Assembly (NCBI GenBank): GCA_949290395.1
Contig: CASERQ010000004.1
Span: 12,457 to 76,456, forward strand
DNA length: 64,000 bases
Direction of reading: 5' to 3'
Origin: an uncultured bacterium
Lineage (GTDB): Bacteria; Bacillota_I; Bacilli_A; RFN20; CAG-826
The translations under genes and the position numbers were made by a program. The first letter of the stretch is position 1; each line of letters opens with the position of its first letter. The notes below the pieces were generated by a model. That model was not told the origin of the DNA. It worked only from the letters and a program-made list of their open reading frames with translations, and searched no databases. Shown piece after piece: positions 50,151 through 60,344 of this stretch.

Positions 50151-51482
50151 ATGGAGAATCAAAAAGTTTTTGGCAAAGTAATTGGTTGTGAAACGCAAAT
50201 TAATGAGTTAATTAATATTATTAACTGGTTTAAAAATAGTGAGAAAAACAAAATGAAGGGACTAGATGTACCTAGAGGTATTATTCTTTATGGAAAGCCA
50301 GGAAATGGTAAATCATTAATAATGAGAGAATTAAAAAATTATCTGAGTGATACTCCATGCTATGTTTATAATCGCGAGTCTTTCAATGTCGTCAAAGAAC
50401 TTAATAATCTCTTTCAGAAAGCAAGCTTAGACAGTAAAGCTGTTATTTTAATCGATGAATTAGATTTATTAATTGACAAAGATAAAAGTGTAGTTAGATG
50501 TTTACAAGAAAATCTCGATGGAATCGAAGAAGTTAGTAAAAATATATTAGTAGTCACGGCTTGTAACTATTTATACGATATACCTGAGCCTCTAAAAAGA
50601 AGAGGAAGATTATCGTCATTAATTGCTTTTTCTTGTCCCAACACAGACGAAATTATCAAGCTTGTTAAAAATCAGATTGATAAATATGGTCTTAATAAAG
50701 AAATAGCTGAAGATGATGAATTGATTAATGCTTTTAATGGTGATTCATTTGTAACTATTAAGTCGATGATTGATGAAACGATTTTAACAAAGGGATCTTT
50801 TGATATAAATAGTGACGATATTATTGAAACTATATATAAATATGAAAATGGATCGATTAAAAATAAAGAAAAATCTCCATTTAATGTCGCAATACATGAA
50901 GCTGGTCATATTATATTAAATTTAAAGTATGCTCACGCAAATAAATTAAGTGGGGTAAAAATTAATGGCGGTCAAGGTTATTGTGTTTCTAAACAAACAA
51001 ACGAGTCAACTAAATATAGTGATTTTTTAAATAGGGCAGAAATTTTCTTGGCTGGGAGACAAGCCGAAAGAATTTTCTTCAAAGAAGGTAGTATTGGATG
51101 TAGCGATGATTTAGAAAGTGCAAGGCACATTGTTTATTCACTTGTTAATAGTTGCGGCTATTTAGGTTTAGGGTATGTACTTCCTAAAGAACATAATAGA
51201 AATCATAGTGTCTCTGCTTTCAAACTCAATAAGAACGAAAAGAAAGAAGAAAAAATTCTAAAAAGATTAGACAAAAAAGTTTACCGATATTTAAAAGGCA
51301 AAAAGAAATTGGTATATAATTTGGCTGAAGCTATTTACGAAAAAGGATATATGACAGCTAAAGAGATAAAAAGATTTGTTGAAAATTATTATAGTCGTTC
51401 TCAACAAAGCCTGCCTAATATCGAGAATAAAAAAGTTATACAACAAGAAATTTTTGATTTAAATAAATTGAAAGCTTTCTAA
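50151..51482 (+). CDS. Soluble FtsH-like AAA+ ATPase / M41 zinc-metalloprotease fusion, paralog 2
   Basis: N-terminus MENQKVFGKVIGCETQINEL parallels paralog 1 MEKNVFLKNVYGYKKIKDEL. GKPGNGKS, ILIDELD, HEAGHII, FLAGRQAERIFF. SD aaaggaaa; ORF-track TTG 50103 is less likely. Confidence 0.75.
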   Translation: MENQKVFGKVIGCETQINELINIINWFKNSEKNKMKGLDVPRGIILYGKPGNGKSLIMRELKNYLSDTPCYVYNRESFNVVKELNNLFQKASLDSKAVILIDELDLLIDKDKSVVRCLQENLDGIEEVSKNILVVTACNYLYDIPEPLKRRGRLSSLIAFSCPNTDEIIKLVKNQIDKYGLNKEIAEDDELINAFNGDSFVTIKSMIDETILTKGSFDINSDDIIETIYKYENGSIKNKEKSPFNVAIHEAGHIILNLKYAHANKLSGVKINGGQGYCVSKQTNESTKYSDFLNRAEIFLAGRQAERIFFKEGSIGCSDDLESARHIVYSLVNSCGYLGLGYVLPKEHNRNHSVSAFKLNKNEKKEEKILKRLDKKVYRYLKGKKKLVYNLAEAIYEKGYMTAKEIKRFVENYYSRSQQSLPNIENKKVIQQEIFDLNKLKAF

Positions 51483-51827
51483 TTTGCAAAAGTAAAACAT
51501 CTATTTAGCAATAGCGATTTCTGTAAAAGGTAGTAAAGTCATGCTACCTTTTTTTGTTTTTCTTTATAAACTTTTTTAAAAAAGATTTTTTTATATCGAT
51601 TTTGCGAGTTTTTTAGAATAAGCTTATAAAATATGAAACCAAAAAACTAATAATGTCTAAGATAAGGCAAACAATTGAATATCATAAAGAAATTACCATA
51701 AAAATTGATTTCGAACTGTGGTCTATAAGCGTTTCTTATTTTAGTTTTATTATCCTAGAGCGTTTTTTGTCGCTTATATAAAATCACATGCTTAGATAGC
51801 AGTATAATTGACCTTTGAAATTTATTA

Positions 51828-52367
51828 TTAACTTTTCTCGATTATTAAAAATAAGTCAATTTTACTTTCTTCTGCAATATTTATATTCTTGTTTGTATTA
51901 CTAACGGCTGCATACAAAAAGAAGTTAAAATATAAATTTTCTTTAAAATTCTTATTTGAAAAGATATTTGCTTTTAAATAATATTTCCCACTAGTGATAT
52001 TTAATATGGCTTCATTTTTGTCGATGACTAAATTAAAATCCCATTCATCATCAATCTTTGAATAAGATATATTTTGCAATTTAAGCTTACTCCATTCTTC
52101 GTTTGTTAACTCTTCTAATTGATTTATTAATCTAAAGAGATTTAAAATCTCATCGGCTTTTGCTTTAGCGTTTTCGTCGTTAAAGAACTTATCATCCATA
52201 CATAAGTAAGCTTCTAATGAATAAGGAAGCCCTAATTCACCAAATAAACTAAAGCTATATGTTTGTATTAAATTCTTAACATTATCTAAAAAAGAGCGAT
52301 AAGTAATATTAAAATCTAATGTTGTTATAAGTTCTTTGCTGTTTAGTAGCAAGGAGTATTTATTCAT
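51828..52367 (-). CDS. Hypothetical protein (179 aa)
   Basis: Single ORF on the opposite strand at the island's distal edge. Confidence 0.4.
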   Translation of the reverse strand: MNKYSLLLNSKELITTLDFNITYRSFLDNVKNLIQTYSFSLFGELGLPYSLEAYLCMDDKFFNDENAKAKADEILNLFRLINQLEELTNEEWSKLKLQNISYSKIDDEWDFNLVIDKNEAILNITSGKYYLKANIFSNKNFKENLYFNFFLYAAVSNTNKNINIAEESKIDLFLIIEKS

Positions 52368-52802
52368 ATTTTTTAATTTTAGTATTTTTATGGAAAATAG
52401 TTAAATATCTTCCACAAAACGGAATAGGTTCTTTTTTTGACTTATCAAGAAATGCTTTCATATTTCTAGTTAAGTTGTTATTTTTGTTAAGAACCTTATC
52501 ATCATTATGCACAATTCAAAGGGCTTTTACCATAAAAAAGTATTCAAATTTTACTATCTTTTGTTGCAATTACTTTGTTAAATTAAAAGGGTTTTGTTTT
52601 GTTTTTTTTAAGATTTGTGCGTTTTGTCAGGTTCAAATTCTCGTGCCATAAATATATTCATAAAAGCTTTGGATAAATTTATGGAGTGTATCCTTTATTT
52701 AATCGTTTGTGCTTGGATTGCCTCTTATTTATATCAATTTCTAAAAAGTCAAAAAAGTATATTTTTATAACTTTTATATACATGTAAGCGAAAATATCTT
52801 GT

Positions 52803-52824
52803 TGTTATAATGTAAGCGCTTACA
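52803..52824 (+). promoter_or_regulatory. rhaB promoter: extended -10 (TGtTATAAT) overlapped by a perfect consensus cre palindrome TGTAAGCGCTTACA
   Basis: tgttataat at 52803-52811; cre at 52811-52824; extra half-site tgtaagcg at 52783-52790. Confidence 0.65.
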
Positions 52825-52826
52825 AT

Positions 52827-54260
52827 ATGAAAGTCATAGCAGTCGATTTAGGAGCAACTAGTGGAAGAGTAGTTGTTGTAACATTTAATGAAGGAATAAT
52901 CGAAACCGAAATTATTCATCGTTTTTCATCATACTTAATTAATGAAAACGACACATTAAAATGGGATTTAGAGAAGATTTTTTCTAATATCAGTGTTGGA
53001 ATTAATAAAAGTTTGGATTTATATAATGATATAAAGAGTATCGGAATTGACTCCTTTGGTTGCGATTATATTAAAATCGAAGACTTGAATACTTTAAAAG
53101 CAAGAGCATATCGTGACGTATCAAATATTGAATTTTCAAAGAAGTTATTAAGCAAACATAATTATCAAGAAATATATAAAGAAAGCGGAATACAATTTTT
53201 ACCATTTAATACAATTTTTCAACTCTATCAAGATAAAGAAAGAGGAGAATTATCGAAAGTTTTGATGATTCCTGATTATTTAAATTATAGATTAACTAAT
53301 GTATTTTCTTCTGAATTAACTAATTTATCAACAACTGGAATGCTTGATAAAAGCACTCAAACTATCTCAAGAAAGTTGACTGATTTAATTAATTTAAAAG
53401 AAAATCCATTTTACAAAACGTATAAACCAGGTGAAAAAATAGGTGAATACATTTATAAAGATAGAAAAGTTGATGTTATTTCTGTTTGTAGTCATGATAC
53501 TGCAAGTGCTGTTTTTGCAACGCCTCTTGATGAGGGAAGTTGCTATATATCTAGCGGAACTTGGTCTTTATTTGGTGATTTGTTAGATAAACCAATCGCA
53601 AACGAACTTTCTTATAAATATAACTTTACAAATGAAGTTGGTTATAATGGGAAAATTCGTTTTTTAAAAAACATAATGGGTCAATTTATTGTAGAAGAAG
53701 TCAAAAAAGAGTTTGAGAAAGATCAAAATCGCGAAATTAAGTATCAAGAAGTCACTTCTAAAATAAAAGGGATGTCAAACGATGTTTATATTGATGTTGA
53801 TTTTAAAGATTTCCAAACTCCAGGAAACATGAGAGAAAAGATTAATAAATATTTAAAGTCTACAAATCAACACGAACTTAAATCTGTTTATGAGTTTGTA
53901 CTTTGTATTTATGAATCGTTAGCTTATAAATACAGAATTGTATTTGAAAAACTTAAAGAATTAACAAAGAAAGAATATAAAAAATTGTTTGTTATAGGTG
54001 GAGCGAATCAATCTGAAGTTTTAAATAACTTAGTCGCAAACTATTTAAACATTGATGTTTATATTGGAGAAAGCGAGGCTTCAACTATAGGGAACGCTCT
54101 TGTTCAATTTGTTTCTTTAAATGAACTAAATGAAGAGAGCAAAGATGAAGTTTTGCAAAACAGAATTAAAAAGATAATAAAACCAACAATAGCAAAGGGC
54201 TTAATTGATTTAAAAATCAAAGAAATAAATAAAGTTTTAGGAGGTTTTTTGAATGAATAA
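52827..54260 (+). CDS. rhaB: Rhamnulokinase
   Basis: FGGY kinase N-terminus MKVIAVDLGATSGR. Operon context with rhaA/rhaD. Confidence 0.8.
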   Translation: MKVIAVDLGATSGRVVVVTFNEGIIETEIIHRFSSYLINENDTLKWDLEKIFSNISVGINKSLDLYNDIKSIGIDSFGCDYIKIEDLNTLKARAYRDVSNIEFSKKLLSKHNYQEIYKESGIQFLPFNTIFQLYQDKERGELSKVLMIPDYLNYRLTNVFSSELTNLSTTGMLDKSTQTISRKLTDLINLKENPFYKTYKPGEKIGEYIYKDRKVDVISVCSHDTASAVFATPLDEGSCYISSGTWSLFGDLLDKPIANELSYKYNFTNEVGYNGKIRFLKNIMGQFIVEEVKKEFEKDQNREIKYQEVTSKIKGMSNDVYIDVDFKDFQTPGNMREKINKYLKSTNQHELKSVYEFVLCIYESLAYKYRIVFEKLKELTKKEYKKLFVIGGANQSEVLNNLVANYLNIDVYIGESEASTIGNALVQFVSLNELNEESKDEVLQNRIKKIIKPTIAKGLIDLKIKEINKVLGGFLNE

Positions 54261-55509
54261 AGAAGTTTTACAACGTTATGAAAGCGCTAAGAAAGCCTAT
54301 AAAAAAATAGGTGTTGATACTGATGAAGCTATCAAAAAATTATCTAATATAAAAATTTCTCTTCATTGCTGGCAAGGTGATGATGTTAAAGGATTTCTTT
54401 CTAATGAGGACTTAAGTGGTGGTATTCAATCAACAGGTAATTATCCTTATAGAGCAAGAAACGTTCAAGAATTAAGACAAGATATTGAAAAAGTTTTAAG
54501 TTTACTTCCTGGAAAATTCAAAGTTAACCTTCATTCAACTTACTTAGATACAAATGAAACAGTAACTTTAGATAAAATTGAACCACGTCATTATGAAAGC
54601 TGGGTAAAGTGGGCTAAGAAAGTAGGAGTTGGTTTGGATTTTAATCCAACTTGTTTCTCTCATCCTTTAGCAGCAGAAGGTTTTACTTTATCTTCGCCAA
54701 ATGATGAAATTAGGAATTTCTGGATTGAACATTGTAAAAGAGCTAGAAAAATTGGCGAATATTTTGGTAAAGAACTTGGTGAACCAGCTGTTACAAATAT
54801 CTGGATTCCAGATGGCATGAAGGATATTCCTTATAATAGAACTTATTATAGAGAAAGATTAAAAGATGCTTTAGACCAAATTTTTGAAGAAAAAATCAAT
54901 CCAAAATATAACATTGACGCTCTTGAATCAAAGTTATTTGGTATTGGTTTAGAGAGTTACACTGTTGGTAGTAATGAATTTCATTTAGGTTATGCTGCTA
55001 AAAATAATATTGCGCTTACATTAGACTCTGGACACTTCCATCCTACTGAATATATAAGCGATAAGATTAGTGCTGTTTTACTATTTGTTCCACATTTATT
55101 ACTTCATGTTTCTCGTCCTGTTAGATGGGATAGCGATCATGTTGTTATTCTTGATGATGAATTAAATGAAATTGCTCATAGTCTCGTTAGAACAAATTTA
55201 ATTGAAAAAACAAGTATTGGTCTTGATTTCTTTGATGGATCAATTAATAGAATTGCAGCTTGGGTAATTGGAACGAGATCAACCTTAAAAGCTTTATTAA
55301 AGGCATACTTAGAACCAACTGAATATTTAAAGAAGATTGAACTTGATGGAAATTACACTGATAGATTAGCAATTATTGAAGAACTTAAAGCTTTCCCATT
55401 TGGCGATGTTTTCGACTATTATTGTGAACTTAATGGTGTTCCAACAGGTCTTGATGCCTTAAAAGAAATTCATAGTTACGAAAAGAATGTTTTAGCAAAA
55501 AGAGGTTAA
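54253..55509 (+). CDS. rhaA: L-rhamnose isomerase
   Basis: Near-colinear match to E. coli RhaA blocks (HCWQGDDV, GGIQSTGNYP, NIWIPDGMKDI, SGHFHPTE, LLLHVSRPVRWDSDHVV, GLDFFD, INRIAAWVIGTR). Confidence 0.95.
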   Translation: MNKEVLQRYESAKKAYKKIGVDTDEAIKKLSNIKISLHCWQGDDVKGFLSNEDLSGGIQSTGNYPYRARNVQELRQDIEKVLSLLPGKFKVNLHSTYLDTNETVTLDKIEPRHYESWVKWAKKVGVGLDFNPTCFSHPLAAEGFTLSSPNDEIRNFWIEHCKRARKIGEYFGKELGEPAVTNIWIPDGMKDIPYNRTYYRERLKDALDQIFEEKINPKYNIDALESKLFGIGLESYTVGSNEFHLGYAAKNNIALTLDSGHFHPTEYISDKISAVLLFVPHLLLHVSRPVRWDSDHVVILDDELNEIAHSLVRTNLIEKTSIGLDFFDGSINRIAAWVIGTRSTLKALLKAYLEPTEYLKKIELDGNYTDRLAIIEELKAFPFGDVFDYYCELNGVPTGLDALKEIHSYEKNVLAKRG

Positions 55510-55512
55510 GTT

Positions 55513-56340
55513 ATGAAAGTTTTAGAAGCAAAGTTTGTTCAAGATTTTATTAATTTATGTAATGAGGGCTATTTAAAAGGATGGCACGAAAGAAACGGTG
55601 GTAACTTAACTTATCGAATAAAAGACGAAGAAATATCTTTAATTTGCGAGGAATTTAATTATAATAATGAATTTAGAGATATAGGAACAGAAGTAAAAGA
55701 TTTGGCTAATGAATACTTTTTAGTTACAGGAAGTGGCAAGTTCATGATGAACGTTAAAAGAGATCCTGAAGGAAGTATTTGTATTATTAAAGTTGATGAA
55801 ACTGGAACTAAATATCAAATTGTTTGGGGTTTAGTAAATGGCGGACATCCTACAAGTGAATTACCAAGTCACTTAATGAATATGGAAGTCATTAAAAAAA
55901 GAACTAATGGAAAATATAGAGTGGTTTACCATTGTCATGCAACAAACGTAATTGCCCTTACCTTTGTCTTACCTTTAGATGAAAAAGTCTTTACTCGTGA
56001 ACTCTGGCAAATGGCTACTGAATGTTGCATTGTTTTCCCAAGTGGCGTAGGAATCTGCAAATGGATGGTGCCGGGCGGAAGAGAAATTGCAGTTGAAACT
56101 TCAAAACTAGTTAAAGAGTATGATGCTGTAATTTGGGCTCACCATGGCTTATTCAGTGTTGGCGAAGACTTTGATTCAACATTTGGACTCGCCGACACAA
56201 TTGAAAAGAGTGCTGAAATCTTAGTTAAGGTTCTTTCTATCACTGATAAGAAATTACAAACAATCACAGATAAAGAACTCCTTTCTTTAGAAAAAGATTT
56301 CAACGTTAAGTTAAATAGAAAATTCATTAATGAGGACTAA
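55513..56340 (+). CDS. rhaD: Rhamnulose-1-phosphate aldolase
   Basis: Class II aldolase/adducin blocks matching E. coli RhaD ([27 protein letters not shown]). Confidence 0.9.
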   Translation: MKVLEAKFVQDFINLCNEGYLKGWHERNGGNLTYRIKDEEISLICEEFNYNNEFRDIGTEVKDLANEYFLVTGSGKFMMNVKRDPEGSICIIKVDETGTKYQIVWGLVNGGHPTSELPSHLMNMEVIKKRTNGKYRVVYHCHATNVIALTFVLPLDEKVFTRELWQMATECCIVFPSGVGICKWMVPGGREIAVETSKLVKEYDAVIWAHHGLFSVGEDFDSTFGLADTIEKSAEILVKVLSITDKKLQTITDKELLSLEKDFNVKLNRKFINED

Positions 56341-56342
56341 TT

Positions 56343-58064
56343 ATGGCTACAGCTGAACAAAAACTAGAAAAAAGAAATGAAAAAATTAAACAAAAAGCTT
56401 TAGAGAAACAACGAATTCGTATTCATGACAGAATGAATGCTTATGAAAAGAAGCATAAAAGAGAAAGAAAAATTGCTCCAAAAGATTCTTTTATTTCTTT
56501 ACAACATATCAATAAAATTTATGACAACCATGTCCAAGCAGTTTTTGATTTTAACTTGGAAATTAAAAAACATGAATTTATTGTTTTTGTTGGTCCTTCT
56601 GGTTGTGGTAAATCTACTACACTTAGAATGATTGCTGGCTTAGAAGATATAACCAGTGGCGATCTTTATATTGATAAAACATATGCAAATGAACTTGAGC
56701 CAAAAAATAGAGATATCGCAATGGTCTTCCAAAGTTACGCTCTTTATCCTCATATGAGCGTATTTGGAAACATGGCTTTTGGTCTTAAAATTAGAAAAGT
56801 TCCTAGAGTTGTTTATGACAAAGAAGGTAATGAAGTTAAAGAAATTGCTAAAGGTTTAATTAGAGATTATAAAAGAGAGAAAAATAAATTAACTAAATTT
56901 TTAGCTGAAGCACAAAAAGAAAATAAAGAAGAGCAAATCAAGCTCTTAAACGAAGCTATTAAAGAACTTGATGAAAAGATTGAATATCTATCCACTCATG
57001 AAGTTACCAAAATTAGAAATCAACATCTTCCAAAAGAAGAAATTGAAAAAAGAGTTACTGAAGCTAGTGAAATTCTTCAAATTAAAGAATATCTATCTCG
57101 TAAGCCAAAAGCTCTCAGCGGTGGACAATGTCAAAGAGTTGCTTTAGGTAGAGCGATTGTTAGAAATGCAAAAGTCTTCTTAATGGATGAACCATTATCC
57201 AATCTTGATGCTAAGCTACGTGTTAGCATGAGAAGTGAAATTATTAAACTTCATAACAAACTCAATGCAACAACAATTTACGTTACTCATGATCAAACTG
57301 AAGCTATGACAATGGCAACACGTATTGTTGTTATGAATAAAGGTTATATTCAACAAATTGGTACACCAATTGAAATTTATAATCATCCAGCAAACATTTT
57401 CGTTGCAACCTTTATTGGAAGCCCTGCAATGAATCTTTATGAAGTTGAGTTAGATGTAGATTCTATTGTTTTTGAAAACGGACTTAAGATTAAACTTCCT
57501 CATGAATTCTCATTGGCAAGTACAAAGTTCTTTGAAGAATATCCAATTGAATTAGAAAAAGAACTCGCAGAATACGAAGAAAATTTTGCTGAAAGAAATG
57601 AATTAAGAGATAAAATTAATCATTTAAGAGAGGTTTTGGCTAAGCAAAATAAAGATTTAGTCAAGAATCTTATTAATAAAGAGATTGAAAAACTTACTCA
57701 TGAATTAAATGTTGTCGAAAATAGTGATGAAAAGAGAAATTACTTAATTAATGCTATTAAGGAATATAAAGAAACTAACGTAAATACCAAACGTAAGTTA
57801 GTGTTTGGTATTAGACCAGAAGACATTTATCAAGAAGGTCATGTTGATACCGAAGGAACATTATCTCAAAAGTTTGATTTAGATATTTCTGTTGCTGAAC
57901 TTTTAGGTAATGAATATTTCTTACACTGTGATTTTGCTAATAAAGAAATTGTTGCAAAAGTAACAGCCAAAAAACTTATTAATGTTGATGAGAAAGTTTC
58001 TATCTATTTAGACTTAAGCAAAGCACATTTGTTTGATAAAATATCTACTAAATTAATTAAGTAA
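56343..58064 (+). CDS. Sugar ABC transporter ATP-binding protein (MsmK/MalK-like) with K/E-rich N-terminal extension and two coiled-coil insertions
   Basis: [34 protein letters not shown]-loop VTHD. 573 aa versus about 370 for canonical MalK. One insert lies between Q-loop and signature, one in the C-terminal regulatory domain. Confidence 0.8.
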   Translation: MATAEQKLEKRNEKIKQKALEKQRIRIHDRMNAYEKKHKRERKIAPKDSFISLQHINKIYDNHVQAVFDFNLEIKKHEFIVFVGPSGCGKSTTLRMIAGLEDITSGDLYIDKTYANELEPKNRDIAMVFQSYALYPHMSVFGNMAFGLKIRKVPRVVYDKEGNEVKEIAKGLIRDYKREKNKLTKFLAEAQKENKEEQIKLLNEAIKELDEKIEYLSTHEVTKIRNQHLPKEEIEKRVTEASEILQIKEYLSRKPKALSGGQCQRVALGRAIVRNAKVFLMDEPLSNLDAKLRVSMRSEIIKLHNKLNATTIYVTHDQTEAMTMATRIVVMNKGYIQQIGTPIEIYNHPANIFVATFIGSPAMNLYEVELDVDSIVFENGLKIKLPHEFSLASTKFFEEYPIELEKELAEYEENFAERNELRDKINHLREVLAKQNKDLVKNLINKEIEKLTHELNVVENSDEKRNYLINAIKEYKETNVNTKRKLVFGIRPEDIYQEGHVDTEGTLSQKFDLDISVAELLGNEYFLHCDFANKEIVAKVTAKKLINVDEKVSIYLDLSKAHLFDKISTKLIK

Positions 58065-58067
58065 TTT

Positions 58068-59414
58068 ATGCAAAAAGAAATTTATTCTAAATATAAAAAC
58101 GAAGTTCCTGCGACTTTTGGAAGAAGAGCGGAAGCTTCCTTGATTGATAGTTTAATTATTGTTGTTCTAAGTTTTTTATTGATAATTGGGGGAGTTGAGA
58201 TATTAGGCATCACCCCTTTTTATCAAACTTGGAATAATAATTTAAATGAGGCGAGAATTGCTTGTTATAAAATTGAAGAAGAGGCAAAACTCTATGAGTT
58301 TACAGACAATGAAGATGGTCAATATCTTAATCTTGTTCAGCCAGAAGACACCTTTGAAGACTACGCCTTAAGACAAATTTTAGTAGTTTACGAAAAAGAT
58401 AAAGATAACTTTCTCGCTCTTACTAATCAAACTGAAATTTCAAATCCAAAAGGCTTAACACCTGCAAGTTATGAAACTGATAATTTAGCTTACTTTTTCT
58501 CCACTTATGTTCCTGAACATAATGAGTATCAAGGAATTGAGTATGACTTGATGGATATGAAAGGAAAAAGTGGCGCAGAATTTTATTATCAAATCTTAAA
58601 TGATAATGCAGTTGATACAACAATGTATGTTTTAGACTATGAAAATTACACTTTACCATATCTAAAAACAGAGTTTGCTGCTAATTTATATCGTTATTTA
58701 TTTTTAGATCAATCAAATTTCCAAGTTGGTCTTACTTCTTACAACTTACTTGCTAAAAACTATCAAAACATGTGGAATCTTGCAGTTGATGAATTAATTG
58801 ATAGTTCACGCTACCAAGAACACTATCAAATTTATATGGAAAATTATGCTTATTCTTCATATGGAGTTGATGTTGTTTGTGTTCTTGCATATCTTGTTTC
58901 GTTTTTATTAGCGTTTGTTTTACCAAATATAATTTTTAAAACATCCACTAGCTGGGGTAAATATTTCTTAAAGATGAGTGCAGTAAGAACTGACTCAGAA
59001 AATCCAACTTTCTTAAATTATTTCTTAAAACATCTTGTTAATTTCTTTTCATATGCACCTTTATTATTAATAAGTTGCTTCTTTGGAGGAGGATTAGATA
59101 CCGGATGGATGTATCCTGTCTTTGAAATTGGAGAAGTAGGATTCTCGTTATTTAATATCACTGCAATTCTTTTAGTATTACCAATTGTCAGCGTTATTCT
59201 TGTTCTTGCAAGAAGCAAAAAGCAATCTTTAAGTGATTTAGCTGGTTCATTAACAATTGTAGATACAAGATATTATGTAGATCCTGAAGAATTTACAGAA
59301 GAAAAGAAAAAAGAAATCGAAGAAAAAGATAAAGATAAAATAGTTAATGTTGAAAAAACATATTTTGATTCAAGTTGCTTCAATAGTAAAGAGGATGAAA
59401 ATAAAGAAAGTTAG
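58068..59414 (+). CDS. RDD-family membrane protein
   Basis: N-terminal RDD motif region FGRRAEASLIDSLIIVVLSF. Several TM helices, 448 aa. Confidence 0.55.
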   Translation: MQKEIYSKYKNEVPATFGRRAEASLIDSLIIVVLSFLLIIGGVEILGITPFYQTWNNNLNEARIACYKIEEEAKLYEFTDNEDGQYLNLVQPEDTFEDYALRQILVVYEKDKDNFLALTNQTEISNPKGLTPASYETDNLAYFFSTYVPEHNEYQGIEYDLMDMKGKSGAEFYYQILNDNAVDTTMYVLDYENYTLPYLKTEFAANLYRYLFLDQSNFQVGLTSYNLLAKNYQNMWNLAVDELIDSSRYQEHYQIYMENYAYSSYGVDVVCVLAYLVSFLLAFVLPNIIFKTSTSWGKYFLKMSAVRTDSENPTFLNYFLKHLVNFFSYAPLLLISCFFGGGLDTGWMYPVFEIGEVGFSLFNITAILLVLPIVSVILVLARSKKQSLSDLAGSLTIVDTRYYVDPEEFTEEKKKEIEEKDKDKIVNVEKTYFDSSCFNSKEDENKES

Positions 59415-60269
59415 GATAAATTTTTATATTTAGAAGGAACAATCCCGTAATAATTCTTAAACTCTTTTGAAAAATAAAATTGATTTTTATAGCCAACACT
59501 TTCAGCAACTTGAAGAACACTAAAATTATTTTGGCTTAAAAGTTCGCTAGCTTTTTCCATTCTTATCTTAATCAAATATTGAATTGGAGTAATCTTAGCG
59601 TATTTCTTAAAAAGTCTAGTTAAATACGATTGAGTAAAATAAAAATGGTTGGCAATTATTGCGATATTTAAATCGGGATCGTTGTAGTTATCTTCTATAT
59701 AACGTTTGATTTTAATGATTTTAAGTTCATGTTTATTTAAATCAGTATTTTCAATTTTTCTTTGGCAATCATTGATGAGAGAAGCAAAAATATCGAGCAA
59801 AAAATTCGTAGAATATATGGTATCTGTGTCTTTTTTTCTTTTTGTATAGATATTTTTGTAATAGTCGATTGTTTTTAAAACACTATTAAAAGAAGTGATT
59901 TTAAAGAAATACTCCTTAGCAAAGTTAGTATTCGCTAAAAGTTTAGGAACGGCATCTCCATCAAATTCAAACCAAACATACTCCCAAGGTTTTTCGTTAT
60001 CTTGTTTATATATAAATGTTTTATTAGGAGGTATTAAAAAGCAGCTCCCTGGTCCTAATGTTGTTTTTGTATTATCAAATTCTATATGGCCATAGCCGTT
60101 AAGAATTACGTGAAAGGTGTAAAGTGGTTTTTTAATAGTAAGAGTAGGTTTGTTGCTCTTACATCTTTCATAGCCGACAACTGAAATGCGAATATCATTA
60201 AATAGATTATGATTGATGTATTTATAATATAAGGCATTTCTCAAATTTATATTATTCATGTAATTCATT
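59411..60269 (-). CDS. AraC-family transcriptional regulator (cupin + HTH), probable rhamnose-cluster regulator
   Basis: C-terminal AraC HTH YLTRLFKKYAKITPIQYLIKIRMEKASELL...YKNQFYFSKEFKNYYGIVPS. Start ambiguous (60269 or 60325). Divergent from the ABC permease genes. Confidence 0.75.
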
Positions 60270-60344
60270 TTAAAACAAAATATGAAAATGTCAAAAAAAT
60301 ATATATATTTATCAATTCCATACATGTTAATGGAATTATTTGCT

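Noticed and set aside
38000-52400. Prophage or integrative element with integrase/transposase
   Set aside because: No integrase, recombinase, transposase, terminase, capsid or portal signatures in any ORF of the island. Only the tRNA adjacency and a weak boundary repeat hint at past mobility.
59411-60325. Longer AraC ORF starting at 60325 (MYGIDKYIYFFDIFIFCFK...)
   Set aside because: The extra N-terminal 19 residues are low-complexity, have no SD, and would place the start inside the divergent cre/promoter region. A shorter start (about 60269) fits typical AraC length, although neither start has a good SD.
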